Shown one piece after another: positions 1 through 12,180 of a DNA stretch of 64,000 nt. The stretch spans positions 186,001 to 250,000 of the forward strand of contig NW_005202303.1 in NCBI RefSeq assembly GCF_000372725.1, in the 5' to 3' direction. Every line of letters begins with the position of its first letter. The first letter of the stretch is position 1. Origin of the DNA: Emiliania huxleyi CCMP1516 (Eukaryota). Below the pieces are notes generated by a model. The model was not told where the DNA came from, did no database searches, and was given only the letters and a program-made list of their open reading frames with translations. Both the position numbers and the translations under genes were made by a program.

Positions 1-299
1 GTAAAGTTTGAGCACTGGTTGACGCGCTCATTTCTCGCCATCCATATCGCACGGGACCTGGGGGCTGGGCGAGTGTTGGGTTTGGACGACATTGGAGTGG
101 TAAGAAAAGGAAAAATTATTTGCCTGCCTTAGAATTAAAGCAGAGTTTGCTCGTAAAACGGAAAATTCTTTCTCCCATTGAGCATTTCAGAGTTTGCTAG
201 CGCCGGCTTCGAACGTTTTCCGGGGTGTGGTACGGTAGTCTCACGGCTTAAGCGTTAAGGGGGTGGGGGGGGTACGGTCTCCGGCTGACCGCCCCTGTC

Positions 300-550
300 A
301 CCTCTCCGCGGTGAAAAAGAAAGAAAGAAAGAAAACGGACAACCCAAGGGAGGGATGGGAGGACGGCACGCCGCCACCACACAGGGATTTTAAGGAGAGG
401 GGTGTGGTGCGCTAGCCGTTGCCCACCCTTGGGCGTCCGCCTCTTCCTATCTCTCTTCGCAGTCTCTCGTAGATCTCCGCGGTGAAAGAAAGAAAGAAAG
501 AAAACAGACAACCCAAGGGAGGGATGGGAGGACGGCACTCTCCGCGGTGA
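300..550. repeat. Dispersed repeat (aaag)n-acagacaacccaagggagggatgggaggacggcac, two copies here
   Basis: Copies at ~315-400 and ~483-540, again at ~4752-4895, and a diverged reverse-complement copy at ~58124-58170. Confidence 0.85.
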
Positions 551-597
551 ATACGTTTCTCAACAGCGATGCTTTCTTTATCGCTTTCACCGGCAGC

Positions 598-829
598 ATG
601 GGCGTGGAGGAGAACATGCACAAATCGCTCGACGAGCTGATCGAGGAGGACAGGCCCCCTCCGAGAAAGGCGGCCTCGGCGGGCGGGGCGGGCTGGGGCG
701 GCGGCGGCGGTGTCGTCTGCTACACATGCGGCCAGCCGGGTCACAAGTCAACCGTCTGCCCCAATGGCGGCAGCGGGCGCGGCGGCGGGCGCGGCGGGCG
801 CGGCGGCGGGCGCGGTGGTGGCGGTGGGC

Positions 830-869
<40 letters not shown>

Positions 870-1671
870 CGGCAGGGCGGGTGTGGTCTGCCACACGTGC
901 GGCGGAATGGGTCACACCTCAAACGTCTGCCCCTCCAACATGGGGGCATGGAAAGGTCCTATCGTCTGCCATTACTGCGGCGAGCCGGGGCACACGAGGC
1001 CCAACTGCCCAAACAAGCCCGGCGTCAAGGTGAAGGACGCGCGCGCCGTGCGGACGACGCTCGAGGCGTGCGCCGCCACCCTGCCACTCCGCCCCGCCGC
1101 TGCGCCAAGTCACCCGCGCTTCTCGCCTCCCGCGCAGATGCGGAAGAAGAGGACCACCCGGCAGGAGGCGGAGGACACCATCGTGGTGCGGGCCGCCCCG
1201 CCAGAGGGCGTCGCCGCGCGAGGGGCCGCCTCCATGCCCCCCCCCCTCCCTTTCAGCGGCGCCGCCCGCCCCTTTCAGGCGCTGGACGGCGTGGACGTGA
1301 TGCGTGTCTCGGGCGCGGACCTGAGCCTGGACTCGAACGGCGACGGCTCGGAGATCGTGCTCGCGTGCATGAACGAGGGGCTCGCGCCGTACGGCTTCTC
1401 GATCGCCGTCAACGAGCGGGACGGCTCGTGGCAGGCTCCGAGAGACGCCTCCGCGAACTTCCTCCTCCCAAGACGGGCACTTCCGCGAACCCTCTCCTCC
1501 CCTCGGCCGCAGGTGTCGGACCACAAGGTGACGCTCATCCGCTTCTACGACGGGATGGTCATCAAGGGCGGCGCGCTGCAGGAGCCGCTCTCCCCCGCCG
1601 GCAAGGGCGGCAAGGGCGGCAAGGGAGGAGGCAGGGGCTTTGCGGCCGGCTTCAGGTACGCGCCGTACTGA
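598..1671 (+). CDS. CCHC zinc-knuckle / RGG RNA-binding protein (CNBP/GIS2-like), spliced
   Basis: Three CX2CX4HX4C knuckles (CYTCGQPGHKSTVC, CHTCGGMGHTSNVC, CHYCGEPGHTRPNC) separated by RGG/Gly runs. ATG at 598. Probable in-frame introns end in cag at ~1137, ~1278 and ~1512. C-terminus is RYAPY. Confidence 0.85.
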
Positions 1672-3054
1672 GAGCGGAAGACGCGCCGGCCGGTCCTGCC
1701 GCCCGATAGCAGGCCGCGACCTGCCGGTTAGGGCGCATGGATTGCGCGCAGCGGCGCACACTCGACACTGCGCGTGTGGCAGCCCTGACCGTGACCCTGT
1801 CAGGCTGTGTGCAAGTGAGTGTGGGGCGTCCCCGCCGCGCGCTCGTCGCCACGGCCCCCGGTTTACCGCGTTGAGTTTAATTAGCATGTTCATCACGTCC
1901 GCTCCAGCGCGCAGGTTTCAAGTGTCAAGATCCCGCACGAAAACTCTCGTAACCTTAGACCTCTGCTTATAAACTGCTGTGGCGTGGGACGACAGCGCGC
2001 GTGGTCGGGTACTGCGGCATACTCTCCTTACTCGATGTGTGGCATGTGCCCCTGGATTCCTCTCGGTCTATCTCGGCGAACGGCCGCCGTCAGTGAGTCA
2101 GACACGCACAGAGACCGCAGTGTTTGGCGGGTGCACAAGCCTATTGCGGCTCTGAGATCTCTGGGCCCTCTGGCTGTTCGCGCTGCCGTCGGTGCACGGC
2201 CCGAGTGGTGGTGCAGCCGATTCCATGACCCGCTCCTGTAGGCGGCTCTTGTCTCTGCTCTTGAACCTGTCGCCGCGCGCGGCGATGGCTGCCCGCAACG
2301 CGCTCATGCTGAGCGCCAACACCTCTTCCCTCGAGAGCGTGCCCAGAGGGGCTGGCTCAGCCTCGCCAGAGAGTGAGAGCGCCTCGACAGCGAATACCAG
2401 AGGCTCGTCCTCCTCGTCTGCATCGCCATCGGAGAGGGCGCGGGCCCTCGAATGGAGCGCTCCGCGCGAGGGCGGCGGCGAGTGGGTCCCGGGCGCCCAA
2501 CGTATCGACGTCGGCGTCCGGGGTCCCGCGGCAGGAGGAGAGTTGCAGCAGCTCGAGCCGAAAAGCTGAGGAGTCGACCGCCGCGCCCGGGCCGGCGAGT
2601 TTATGGCAGTGCCGACGCTGGCGGAATCGACGAGGTACCGCGGCGAGCACTGCCACCCAGGCTTGAGGCAGCTTCGACTCATCGGCCACCGGCCAGTTAG
2701 CGTTTGAGTGCGTACTGTGTGCACATTCAGAGCCGTTCTTTCGTAAGACCCAACGAGAGCTTTCAAATTCGTGGCGCTGTTCACGCTTCACAGGTTGTGT
2801 AAGCGGAGCAGCTGGGTCAGATACAGCTAATCCTTTGTGTTCACACCTGCAATTGCAGGTGTGAACCGTTTTCAGCCTTTGCCGTCGGTTGCCAATAGCG
2901 CGCTAGCCACAAGTAGTACGGAGGCCGACACTGAAACTAGTGTTTTCGCCATCGTGAGTTGCGATGCTCCAATGAGAGTATTTCCCCTGAGAATGTGTTC
3001 AGACCTTTGCGCGGGGTGTGTGAGAGAGATTTTTATTTAGCAATGCGGGGTGTG

Positions 3055-3285
3055 TGAACATGCGTGTCGCGCACTCATTCAAACGAGTTGTTTGGTATTG
3101 CTAAAAATCTCTCTCATTCATGACCGGTCTCAATGCCCCACCCCCCTGCGCGCGGGCCTTCTAAGCCCGCGGGTAGTCCCCCCCCATCCCCAGGGCCTCC
3201 AGGGCTCGCACCTCAACCTCTCACAGGCCAGCGCACAGCGCCATAGGAGGTATTTTCTTCTCAATAACAAGGCTGTGAACAGCCA
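3055..3285 (+). mobile_element. 3' end fragment of a CRE-like non-LTR retrotransposon
   Basis: Near-identical reverse complement of ~33015-33207, which lies just downstream of a restriction-like endonuclease coding fragment. Confidence 0.6.
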
Positions 3286-3556
3286 TTCCGCGCGGTTGAG
3301 GGGTTCGGAAGGGGTCTGTCAACCACTTGGTTGAGGGTTGAGGCCTCTGTCAACCACGTGGTTGACAGTTGAGGCAATCGGCCTCAACCACCGCTAGGAG
3401 TAGACACTGTATTCGCCACGCCTTCCTGGGCAGGAATTCTTTGTTCACCCCGCCCGCCGCGCGGTGCAGGCCGCGAACTCGCCGTACTGAGCCTAGCGCA
3501 GCGCGAACACGCCGTCTGAGCCTAGCGCAGCGCGAACTCGCTCCTGTCGGCTGTTC

Positions 3557-4735
3557 ATGGAGGGCTACCTCTCCAAAAAGTCGCGCCTCGGCGCCGCGGG
3601 TCGCGTCTGGCAGCGCCGCTGGTTCGTCCTCGACGGCACCGGGCTGCGCTGGTTCGAGGACGAGAGCAAGCGCGGCGACGCCAAGGGTGCCATCGGGCTC
3701 GCGCACCTCGAGTCTGCTGGCGCCGCCGCGCACAAGTCGCCCACGCGCTTTCTCGTGCGCTGCCGCGCCTCCGCCGAGCGCGGGAGCGCGGCGAGCGTCT
3801 ACGACTTTGAGGCGCCGTCGTCCGCGGCGATGGGGCGCTGGGTCGAGGCCGTCGGCCGGCTCGTGTGCGCGCGAGGCGCTCGCGAGGGCGGAGGCGGGAG
3901 CGGGGACGCGGCGCTGTGCGGCGAGCCGGTGGAGGAAAGGCTCGCAGCCGTGCCCGGCAACGGCGAGTGCGCCGACTGCATGTCGAGCGACCCGAAGCGG
4001 CAGCCGCTGCCTGCGTGGGCGTCGACCAACCTGGGGGTCGTATTTTGCATCCGCTGCTCAGGTGCGCACCGCAAGCTCGGCACGCACCTGAGCAAGGTGC
4101 TCTCCATCAAGATTGACCGCTGGAGCGACGAGCAGCTCGCGTGGATGGAGCGGCTGGGCAACGCGCAAGTCAATGCGGAGCTCGAGGCGGGGCTGCCCGC
4201 GGGCGTCAAGCCGGACCTGGTCAGCAGCAGCGCGGAGCAGGTCGAGGCCTTCATTCGCGCAAAGTACGAGCTGGGCTCGTTCCTCGCCGGCGGCGACGGC
4301 TTCGTCCCTCCCGCGCCGCGCCGCTCGCTGCAGGAGGTCGGCATGATTGAGTTTGCCGGGCTGCTCTTCGTGCAGCTGGTGGCGGGGAGCCACCTGCGCG
4401 TGCCCAACGCGTGGCGGACGGCGTCGCTCCACTGCGAGTTCCGCCTCGGCGAGCGGCGCGCCAGGTCGAGGAGGTGCCGTGGCTCGCCCAACCCGGTGTG
4501 GGGGGAGGAGCTCGCCATCAACCGGTGCGCCGCCGACGAGGCGCTGCTGGTGCGGCTGATCGGCGCGGACCTCCTTGGCCGCACCGAGTGCCTCGGCGAG
4601 GGGAGGGTGCGCATCGACGACTTGCCGCGGGAGCAGCCGACCGGCGTCGACCTGCCGCTCCTGCCGAGCAGCGAGAGCGCCAGGACGAAGGCGCCCTCGC
4701 TCGGCCTCGTTCTCACGTACAACCCGCTGTCGTGA
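3557..4735 (+). CDS. PH-ArfGAP-C2 domain protein (intronless)
   Basis: PH domain (MEGYLSKK...WQRRWFVL). ArfGAP zinc finger CADC...WASTNLGVVFCIRCSGAHRKLGTHLSKVLSI...FIRAKY. C-terminal C2 domain (GLLFVQLVAG...NPVWGEEL). Confidence 0.95.
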   Translation: MEGYLSKKSRLGAAGRVWQRRWFVLDGTGLRWFEDESKRGDAKGAIGLAHLESAGAAAHKSPTRFLVRCRASAERGSAASVYDFEAPSSAAMGRWVEAVGRLVCARGAREGGGGSGDAALCGEPVEERLAAVPGNGECADCMSSDPKRQPLPAWASTNLGVVFCIRCSGAHRKLGTHLSKVLSIKIDRWSDEQLAWMERLGNAQVNAELEAGLPAGVKPDLVSSSAEQVEAFIRAKYELGSFLAGGDGFVPPAPRRSLQEVGMIEFAGLLFVQLVAGSHLRVPNAWRTASLHCEFRLGERRARSRRCRGSPNPVWGEELAINRCAADEALLVRLIGADLLGRTECLGEGRVRIDDLPREQPTGVDLPLLPSSESARTKAPSLGLVLTYNPLS

Positions 4736-4751
4736 CGAAAAAAAAACAAAA

Positions 4752-4895
4752 AGGAGGGATGGGAGGACGGCCCACGCCGCCACACACTGGCAGGGATTTA
4801 AGAGAAAAGAAAGAAAGAAAACAGACAACCCAAGGGAGGGATGGGAGGACGGCACGCCGCCACCACACAGGGATACATTTTAAGAGAGGAGTGTG
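4752..4895. repeat. Same dispersed repeat as 300-550
   Basis: ggagggatgggaggacgg...gccgccac...cagggat occurs twice, directly after the ArfGAP stop codon and an A-tract. Confidence 0.85.
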
Positions 4896-5613
4896 GTGCT
4901 AAGAGAGGAGGTGTAATCGTGTGGTGCCTGTGTCGTGACGTGATATATGCGTTAAATATTTTTGGGGGCGCGCCGCCAGGCGCGTCCCCACTTTTGTATC
5001 ACAGCTGCGAGGGCCAACCAAGGAATTCGGTGGGGTCAAATAGGACGAGGGGTCAAAGGTACCTGGGCCGCAGGCCGGCGCGCAGCGCCACGCCGCCAGG
5101 CGTCCGCCGGAGGCTCTTCGCGGCCACATTCTGGCAAGATTTTGCCGCGCTCAGGCGCCCAGAGGATGCGTCCGCTGCGCTCAAACGTCGCGATTTGGCA
5201 ATAGGCGCTCGAGCCGGCGCACAGCGGGCGGGTGCGCCGCGCGGGGGGGGTCGGAGGGGTGAGAGCTGAGAGAGGGGGCGTGGGTCGGGCTCGCACCGGC
5301 AGGCCCTGGGAACGGCCGTCACGTCGAGGTGGGGGGCTGTTGGCGGCTCGAGCGGCAAGGCGTGCCGCTCTGCTGCGCCGTCGACAGCCCCTCTTCCGAG
5401 CCGGCGCGTGGCGGCGAGCCGCGGCCAGTGTCGCTGATGCGGGGGCGACGCAGCTTTTATCCCCCCCCCCCCGCCCGCCCGCCCGCCCGCCCTCAGGCCT
5501 TGCCCCTCCGCAGGCGCGGGAGCGCTCGCCGGCCGTCGCAAGCACCTCCTACCTCTCGTCGCCCGGTTGCTCCCTTGCCCCGCCACCCGCCGCGCCCTCG
5601 CCCGGCCGCCTCA

Positions 5614-6615
5614 CTGAGCCCTGGCTGTCAGGCTGTCAGGTGCTGTCAGGAGGTGATCTGTCGGGCTGTCGGGCAGCTGTCAGGCACTGTCAGGTGCCTC
5701 TGTCAGACCAGCTGTCAGGTGCTGTCAGTGCTGTCGGGTGCTGTCGGGTGCGTGTCTGACAGGCGAGGGGCTCTGTAGCTGTCGGGTGCTGTCGGAGCTG
5801 TCGGGTGTTGCTGTCAGACGCTGTCGGAGCTGTCAGAGCTGTCAGGCTGCTGCTGCTGTCAGACGTTGGGCTGTTGCTGTCAGGTGCTGTCAGGTGTGCT
5901 GTCGGGGTGCTGTCAGGCTCTGACACACACCAGCCACACTTATGACACTATCAAGAGGAGACCAGCAGGACTCTACTGGCGGCTACGCAGCTGCCCCCCT
6001 CCTACGGCGTGATCACGCCGGCGGCGACGGCCGCCTGGGGAGCGCAGATGGCGGCGCAGGCGCAGGCGGCGGCGGCGGCACAGACGGCGGTGGCCACCCC
6101 CACCCAGACGCCGTAGGCATATGACTGTAGGGCCCCAGAAGGCTAGCTGGTAGCTTCATTTGTAGTAGCACAGCCGCCGGTGCTAGAGTCTAGAGAGGGG
6201 TCCGCAGAGGTGGGGCGGGAGGGTTGAGAGAGAGACCCATGACCATCCCATGACTACATGGACCACACTCACATGCACATGTACATGTCTTTGCATGTAA
6301 TAATTTTGTTATACCCTCATGGGGCACAAGAAAGAGGCTCTACGGGGGGGGGTCTGACTGTGTACGGTCTGTGCTGCTGTCGGGCTGTCAGCGCTGCTGT
6401 CAGGCCACTGTGTGCTGTCGGGCTGTCAGGCAGCTGTCAGGCTGTCACGTTAGGGCCTGACAGCGACGGAGCGCCTCGCCTGTCAGGCTCTGCTGTCAGG
6501 CTGTCAGATACGTGCTGTCAGACTGTCAGAGAAAGTGCTGTCAGCGCTGTCAGGCTGTCGGGCACTGTCAGGCGCTGTCCGGGGTTTGCTGTCAGGCTGT
6601 CAGACCAGGGCTCAG
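5614..6615. mobile_element. Non-autonomous DNA transposon (MITE-like) with CTGTCA/CTGTCG subterminal repeats
   Basis: TIR ctgagccctgg (5614) / ccagggctcag (ends 6615). 8-bp TSD ccgcctca at 5606-5613 and 6616-6623. Dense ctgtc[ag] arrays near both ends. Confidence 0.85.
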
Positions 6616-7544
6616 CCGCCTCACCGCGCACGGAGCGCGAGGCTGCGCGTGGCGATGAGCGGCCGATGCTAGCGCCACACGGGCCGGCGCTGTTATTTTG
6701 TGCTAAGCAGAGTGTTGATTATTATGCGGTTGTTCCTGGCTCCCGCTCGGCACCGGTGGCTGAGGCGTGAGGGGAAGAGCATGTAGGACATGGAGGTCAT
6801 CTGAACGGATGTGTAGACTCGCTCTCGCTCATGGTGTTCGCGCTGATTTCCATGTAGTACGGCTCGTCAGTTTTGGCACACGAGCAGCGAGAAATGCCCA
6901 CCGTCCGCCGAATCGTTGTGCTCGGTGCACATATCCCTTTGTGCAGGACCCACGGCTGGACGTGCGGCGGCAGGTCCTCGGCGATCTGCTTGCCAGCAGC
7001 GAGCTCTACGACGAGCGCTTCTTCAGGGCATCATAGCCTTGCCGGCTGCCCACGATGGCAAAGACTGTTCTGACCGAAGAGCACCTCGCCACCGTGCTCT
7101 TTCTTGCTCGTGTTGACGATGGTGGTCACGAGAAGCTGCTGCGCCGAGGTGAGAGTTCCAGCCGACCATCGGATATTCGCGAGCCGCGCGTCCCGCGCCG
7201 CCACGCTTGCCCCCACCTTGCCTGACGCGCGCTCTGTGGAGCGGCAGAGCGCGCGTCTCTGGCACAGACGGAGCAGCGACCGCGCCAGCGGTCGCTGCTC
7301 CGCCCCTCCATCGCGCGCGCGCGCCGCGCGCGCGCTGCGCAGCTGCCGCGCCGCGCCCCCCTCGCCGTCTGTTTCCCGCCGTGTGGTGTGCGGTGCGCGC
7401 GCGCAAGCGCACCGCAGCGCGCACACGGCAGCCTCCCAACCCCCCTACCCACCGTCTGTAGCGTTTGGGGGGGGGGCGACTGGCGACGGCAAAAAATGCA
7501 AGCCCCGCCTGCCCCCTGGCCACTGTCGACTCTCCTAATCCCTA

Positions 7545-8020
7545 GGGTTCTGAGGGCCGGATTTTTTTAAGAGCTTTTAAGAAATGAGGAGGTTTGGGGG
7601 CTTAGATTGCCATTTAAGAGATTGCAGGCACGGGGGGGCCCTCTTTTAAGACCGTTTAAGAAAATCGGCCTCACCAGATGCGTCGCTGGGTTACTGCCGT
7701 TTTCTCCAATACTGCCGTTATTAGGCACAAACCCGCCTCTGAAGACACATCTGTAAGTCTGGTGCACTGGCAGGAGCCAGACTCGCATATAGGGGACGCG
7801 ACACGCGTGCTAGCTGACTGCGCCAGCTTCCCGGCCTCCGGCGTCTACCGGGGGAGCCTCCCGGACCATCGACCTCGGGAGCTCTCCCGCGCCGTTTAAG
7901 CGTTTAAGACCGTTTAAGAATCGGCGGCCCAGGCAGCCTTAAAATGGGCCATGGCCCGCTTTAAGCCGTTTAAGCCGCAGGCGCCCCAGGGCCCACCCTT
8001 TTAAGCCTAGGGGTCCCCTA
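7545..8020. repeat. TTTAAG-motif-rich repeat, probable non-autonomous transposon remnant
   Basis: Clusters of ttaag motifs at ~7565-7660 and ~7895-8005. No clear TIR or TSD seen. Confidence 0.45.
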
Positions 8021-8545
8021 AGGACGCGAGGACGCCCCTCCTCAAGACCTCCTCGCCGGGCGTTGGCAACGCCTCGAGTGGCGGCACGCCCGCCTCCGTT
8101 GGCCACTCCTACGCCTTCGGCAACACCGAAGAGAAGGCCCGCCGCCTAAACATGGGCTGCAAGGCGCGCGTGCAGCCCGGCCAACCCTTCTCCCACAAGA
8201 CCGGCCACGGCTTCGTCAAGGCGCATCGCGGTTTCTACCACGACGCGATCTTTGTCAAGCGCAACAACTTCAACCTGCTGCTCCACGAGACGTTCGGCGG
8301 CGGCTTCTCGCCCACCGCCGTTCTCAAGCTGCGCCGCCTCGCGCGCAAAGTCGCGCGCGGCAGCGTTGACCGCACGGCCTACTCGCCCAAGTACTCGCTC
8401 TCTTTATGTCCCACCATGCAGAGCGCATCTCTCTCTCTGTTGTGCGAGGCGTGAACCGCGCCATTCGCTCTCACCTGGCAACCCTGTCTGCACGTCTCGC
8501 GCGCGCGTGAACAGGGCTGCCAGGGCTCCAGGCCCCAAATGACGT
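8020..8545 (+). mobile_element. CRE-like non-LTR retrotransposon 3' fragment (restriction-like endonuclease C-terminus)
   Basis: Translates as VGHSYAFGNTEE...GCKAR...HKTGHGFVKAHRGFYHDAIFVKRNNFNLLLHETFGGGFSPTAVLKLRRLA. Homologous to 33180-33620(-). The ETFGG...LRRLA motif is typical of RLE C-termini. Confidence 0.6.
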
Positions 8546-8780
8546 GTGAGTGTTAGAGTTGTTTTGCCATCTGTGAGCCAGCGCACCAGCGCGAACTCGC
8601 CGTCTGAGCCTAGCGCAGCGCGAACTCGCTCTGAGCCTAGCGCAGCGCCTCGGAAAACACCATTTTGGCTCGCCAACCCGCACCCCGACGTAGGCAGCCT
8701 TTTTTCTGCTCAGACTCGCTCGTTGCCCGGCCTGTGGTGCTGCTCGACCTGTGGACCAGTGATCCTGCTCGACCAGCCAG

Positions 8781-11700
8781 ATGGCTGGCGCCCACCAAGG
8801 CGATGCGAGCCAGCTCGCCGCTCGGGTCGCTGCGCTCGAGGAGACGGTGGCAATGCTTGTGGCCAAGCTTTCTGCTGTGCAGCCTGCGCCGCCATCGCCG
8901 CCACCGCCGCCACCGCCGCCACCGCCGCCACCGCCGCCTCCGCCGCCACCGCCGCCACCGCCGCCACCGCCGCCACCGCCGCCGTCCGACCGCCACCCAA
9001 GCGCTCCCGGGCATTCGAGTCGCCAGCCGTCCGACCGCCAGCCAGCGCAGCTGCAGCCCCTGGCGGTGCCGAGCGGGCTCCACTGGCAAGTGGTGCGCTT
9101 CGTCGAGCGGAACGACGCAGAGGTGCTCGCCCAGCAGCCGGCGAGGCACACGGTCGTGGACACCCTCGCGCGCCGACTCGCTTCCGAGTGGCCCTACGCG
9201 CAGCTGGTCTGCTACGGCAGCCGCTGGTGTAGCCTCGCGACTCCTGAGTCGGACATCGACTGCGTCGTGCTCAACCCGCCGCCGCTCGAGGCGGCTCGCC
9301 GCACGCCCAGCCCGAGACGCGCCCGCCTCCTCACCGTCCACGCCACCAAGCGACGCACCTCCGAGGCCCCCGCCAACCAGCCACGCCTCTCACCCGCACA
9401 GCCTCGCCCTGGTCAGCTTCCTGCGGCCATCTACGCGCTGCGCGCAATCTTCGAGCGCGAGGCGGCGGTCGTCGGCAGCGTCGCCATCGCGGGCGCCTCC
9501 GTCCCCATACTCAAGCTCCAGGTCGCCGCCCGCGCAAAGGCGGAGCGGCACGGCGTCACCACACAGCACCGGCGGAGCGGCACGTCACCACTCGTAGGTC
9601 GCCGCCGAGCACGCCGCGAGGGAGCGGCACGGCCGACCGCTGCTGCTGCAGGCGCGCGCGTGTGCAAGATCAAGCCAGACGCCGCCTCTCTGGCCCTCGG
9701 GTCCTGCCTCGAGTCCTCGAGTCCTCGTCTCCTCCTCCTCTCCTCCTCTCAGCCTCTCCTCCTCTCAGCCTCTCCTCCTCTCCTCCTCTCAGCCTCTCCT
9801 CCTCTCCTCCTCTCCTCCTCTCCTCCTCTCCTCCTCTCCTCCTCTCCTCCTCTCCTCCTCTCCTCCTCTCCTCCTCTCCTCCTCTCCTCCTCTCCTCCTC
9901 TCCTCCTCTCCTCCTCTCCTCCTCTCCTCCTCTCCTCCTCTCCTCCTCTCCTCCTCTCCTCCTCTCCTCCTCTCCTCCTCTCCTCCTCTCCTCCTCTCCT
10001 CCTCTCCTCCTCTCCTCCTCTCCTCCTCTCCTCCTCTCCTCGAGTCCCCTTCTCCTCTCCTCCCCTCCTCCCCTCCTCCTCTCCTCCTCCCCTCCTCTTC
10101 TCCTCGAGTCCTCTCCCCCTCGACTGGCCTAATGCGGCCTCCTCCCACCCTCTTCCAACCGACACCCCTCTCCAGTCAGCGCCGCCGCCCCTCCCCGCAG
10201 GTCGACCTCTCTCTCTCGAACGGGCCGGTACACCACGGGCTCACGGCGACGCACATCGCCGCCGGCGAGGTCGAGGCGAGGCCGGCCGTGCGCGCGCTCA
10301 CCGTCGTGCTCAAGGCGCACCTCGCGCACACCGCTCGCGCTTTAATTAACCGATCATTGACATGGAGTTCACTATTAATTAGGCGTACATGGCGCAGCTC
10401 GCGCTCAACCAGACCTACACGGGCGGGCTCGCCTCGCACGTGCTCTTCAATTAATAGCTTTTTGACACGAGTTGGCTTGATCTAGGCGGGCTCTGCTCGC
10501 ACGCGCTCTTCCTCCTCGCCCGCGCCTACATCGTCGCCGCCGGCGTTGGCACCGACGGCTGCGGCTCGGTCGACCTCGGCCGCGCCCTGCTCGGTTTCCT
10601 CGAGTACTACGGCACTGCGTTCGACCCGGCCACGACGCTGGTCAGGTGGGGGTCGGACCCGTTCGCGAGGAGGCCGCCGCTCGCCGCCGCGCGCGGCTAC
10701 CCTCCGCCGCCGCTCTGCGTCGAGGGCGTGGACCCGGGCAGCCGCAACGTTGGCAGCAAGGCCTTCTCCATCTCGAGCTGCCTCGCCGCCTTTCGGCGCG
10801 CGCACGCCTCCCTCCTCTCCGGCGCGTGCCTCGACGAGGTGCTCGGAGCGACGAGCGGTTCCCCTCCTCCGGCGCCGCCGCCGGACCCGATGCACCTCGC
10901 CGCCGCCGCAGCGCTCGCGGGCACGCCGGCGCCGCCCACCGCCGCCGGGCCTGAGCTTACTGCTGCGGGGCCTGGGCTTGCTGCTGCTGGGCCTGAGCCC
11001 GCCGCCGCCGCCGCGCCCGCCCCCACCGCACCCGCTGCCGCCGCCGCACCCGCCGCGCCGGCAGCCGCCGCCGCGCCCGCGGCCGCCGCCGCGCCCATCG
11101 AGGCCGCGCCAGTGTTGCCAGCCGAGGCTGCGCCCGCCGCGCCCCTTCCCGCGCCCCCTTCCGCCGCGCCCCCTCCCGCCCCCCCTCCCACGGAGCCGGC
11201 CGCCGCGGCCGGGGGGTCGAGAGGGGCGGCCGCGCTCGGCTCGGCCGAGTCCGACGCGGCGGAGGCTCCGCGCGAGCCATCCTCGGCGACATCCTCGGCG
11301 AGGGGCGCGAGCTCGAGCGGGCGGAGCTCGGCGGCGAGCGCCGCGGCGACGACGCCGGGCGGCAGGCACGAGGGCGGCAGGCACGAGGGCGGCAGGCAGG
11401 AGGGCGGCAGGCAGGAGGGCGGCAGGCAGGAGGGCAGGCTGCCCAAGGCGGCGCGGGGCAAGGGCGAGGGTCGGCACGAGTGGCCTTGCTCGAAGCGGCA
11501 GGGGCACGCCACCGAGTGGGAGTTGCTGCAGGAGGGGGCGGTGGAGCGGTTGAGGCATGACTTGCTCGAGCAGTCTGGCAGCGTGGCTGCGCTCAAGGGC
11601 TTGGTCGAGAAGCAGCTGCGCGAGCAGCAGGACGTGGCCGCCGTGCTGCAGGCGCACACTCGCGTCATCATGCGCGAGGTCTGCAAGTGGACGCGAGGCT

Positions 11701-11795
11701 ACATCGAGATCCGCCTCTCCGACTTTGCGCTGCCGCCGCTCGCGGCGCGCGACGCCGAGCCGAAGCAGGTGGAGGCGGCGAGCGACGAGACCTGA
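8781..11795 (+). CDS. Non-canonical poly(A) polymerase / TRF4-like nucleotidyltransferase, multi-exon
   Basis: YGSRWCSLATPESDIDCVV (GS...DxD motif), VPILKL|VDLSL, RALTVVLK, YTGGL.SHALFLL, and a PAP-associated segment (LLGFLEYYG...DPGSRNVGSKAF). Introns include 9521-10200. Confidence 0.85.
9722..10105. repeat. Intronic polypyrimidine (ctcctctc)n microsatellite
   Basis: About 380 bp of C/T 8-mer repeat inside the intron 9521-10200. Confidence 0.95.
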
Positions 11796-12180
11796 TTGCG
11801 TGGGCGGCGGGGGGAGGGGGCGATTGGCGCGGCGTTTGATGGATACTGTCCGTTCGACGACTGGCGTGTCTCCCGAGGGAGGTCACTCGTGGAGCACCCG
11901 TCCGCCTGCGACCACACATGGGGCGTTCGTGCGCGCGGTCCCCTCTCTTTTCCCCTCCCTCTCCTTTCTCTTTAGACTTTACACTTATGACTTAACAACT
12001 AACCACTTACGTACACAAGAGAGCTAAAAGCTATACGGCTTCAAACGAAGCTGCCCCCAGCAGGCGTCTTGACGCGTATCAAAATTCTTCCCTACAAAGA
12101 GGCCTACGCGGGACCCGCGAGAAGCTAGATAACAAAGACCGGGCCTTACACAAAGACGGGCTCCCGGGCCGGGGGGCATG

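Noticed and set aside
2098..2784. Gene with a SAP/LEM-like helix (LSMSALRAAIAARG...KSRLQERV)
   Set aside because: Only a short motif in an otherwise uninformative ORF, too weak to call.
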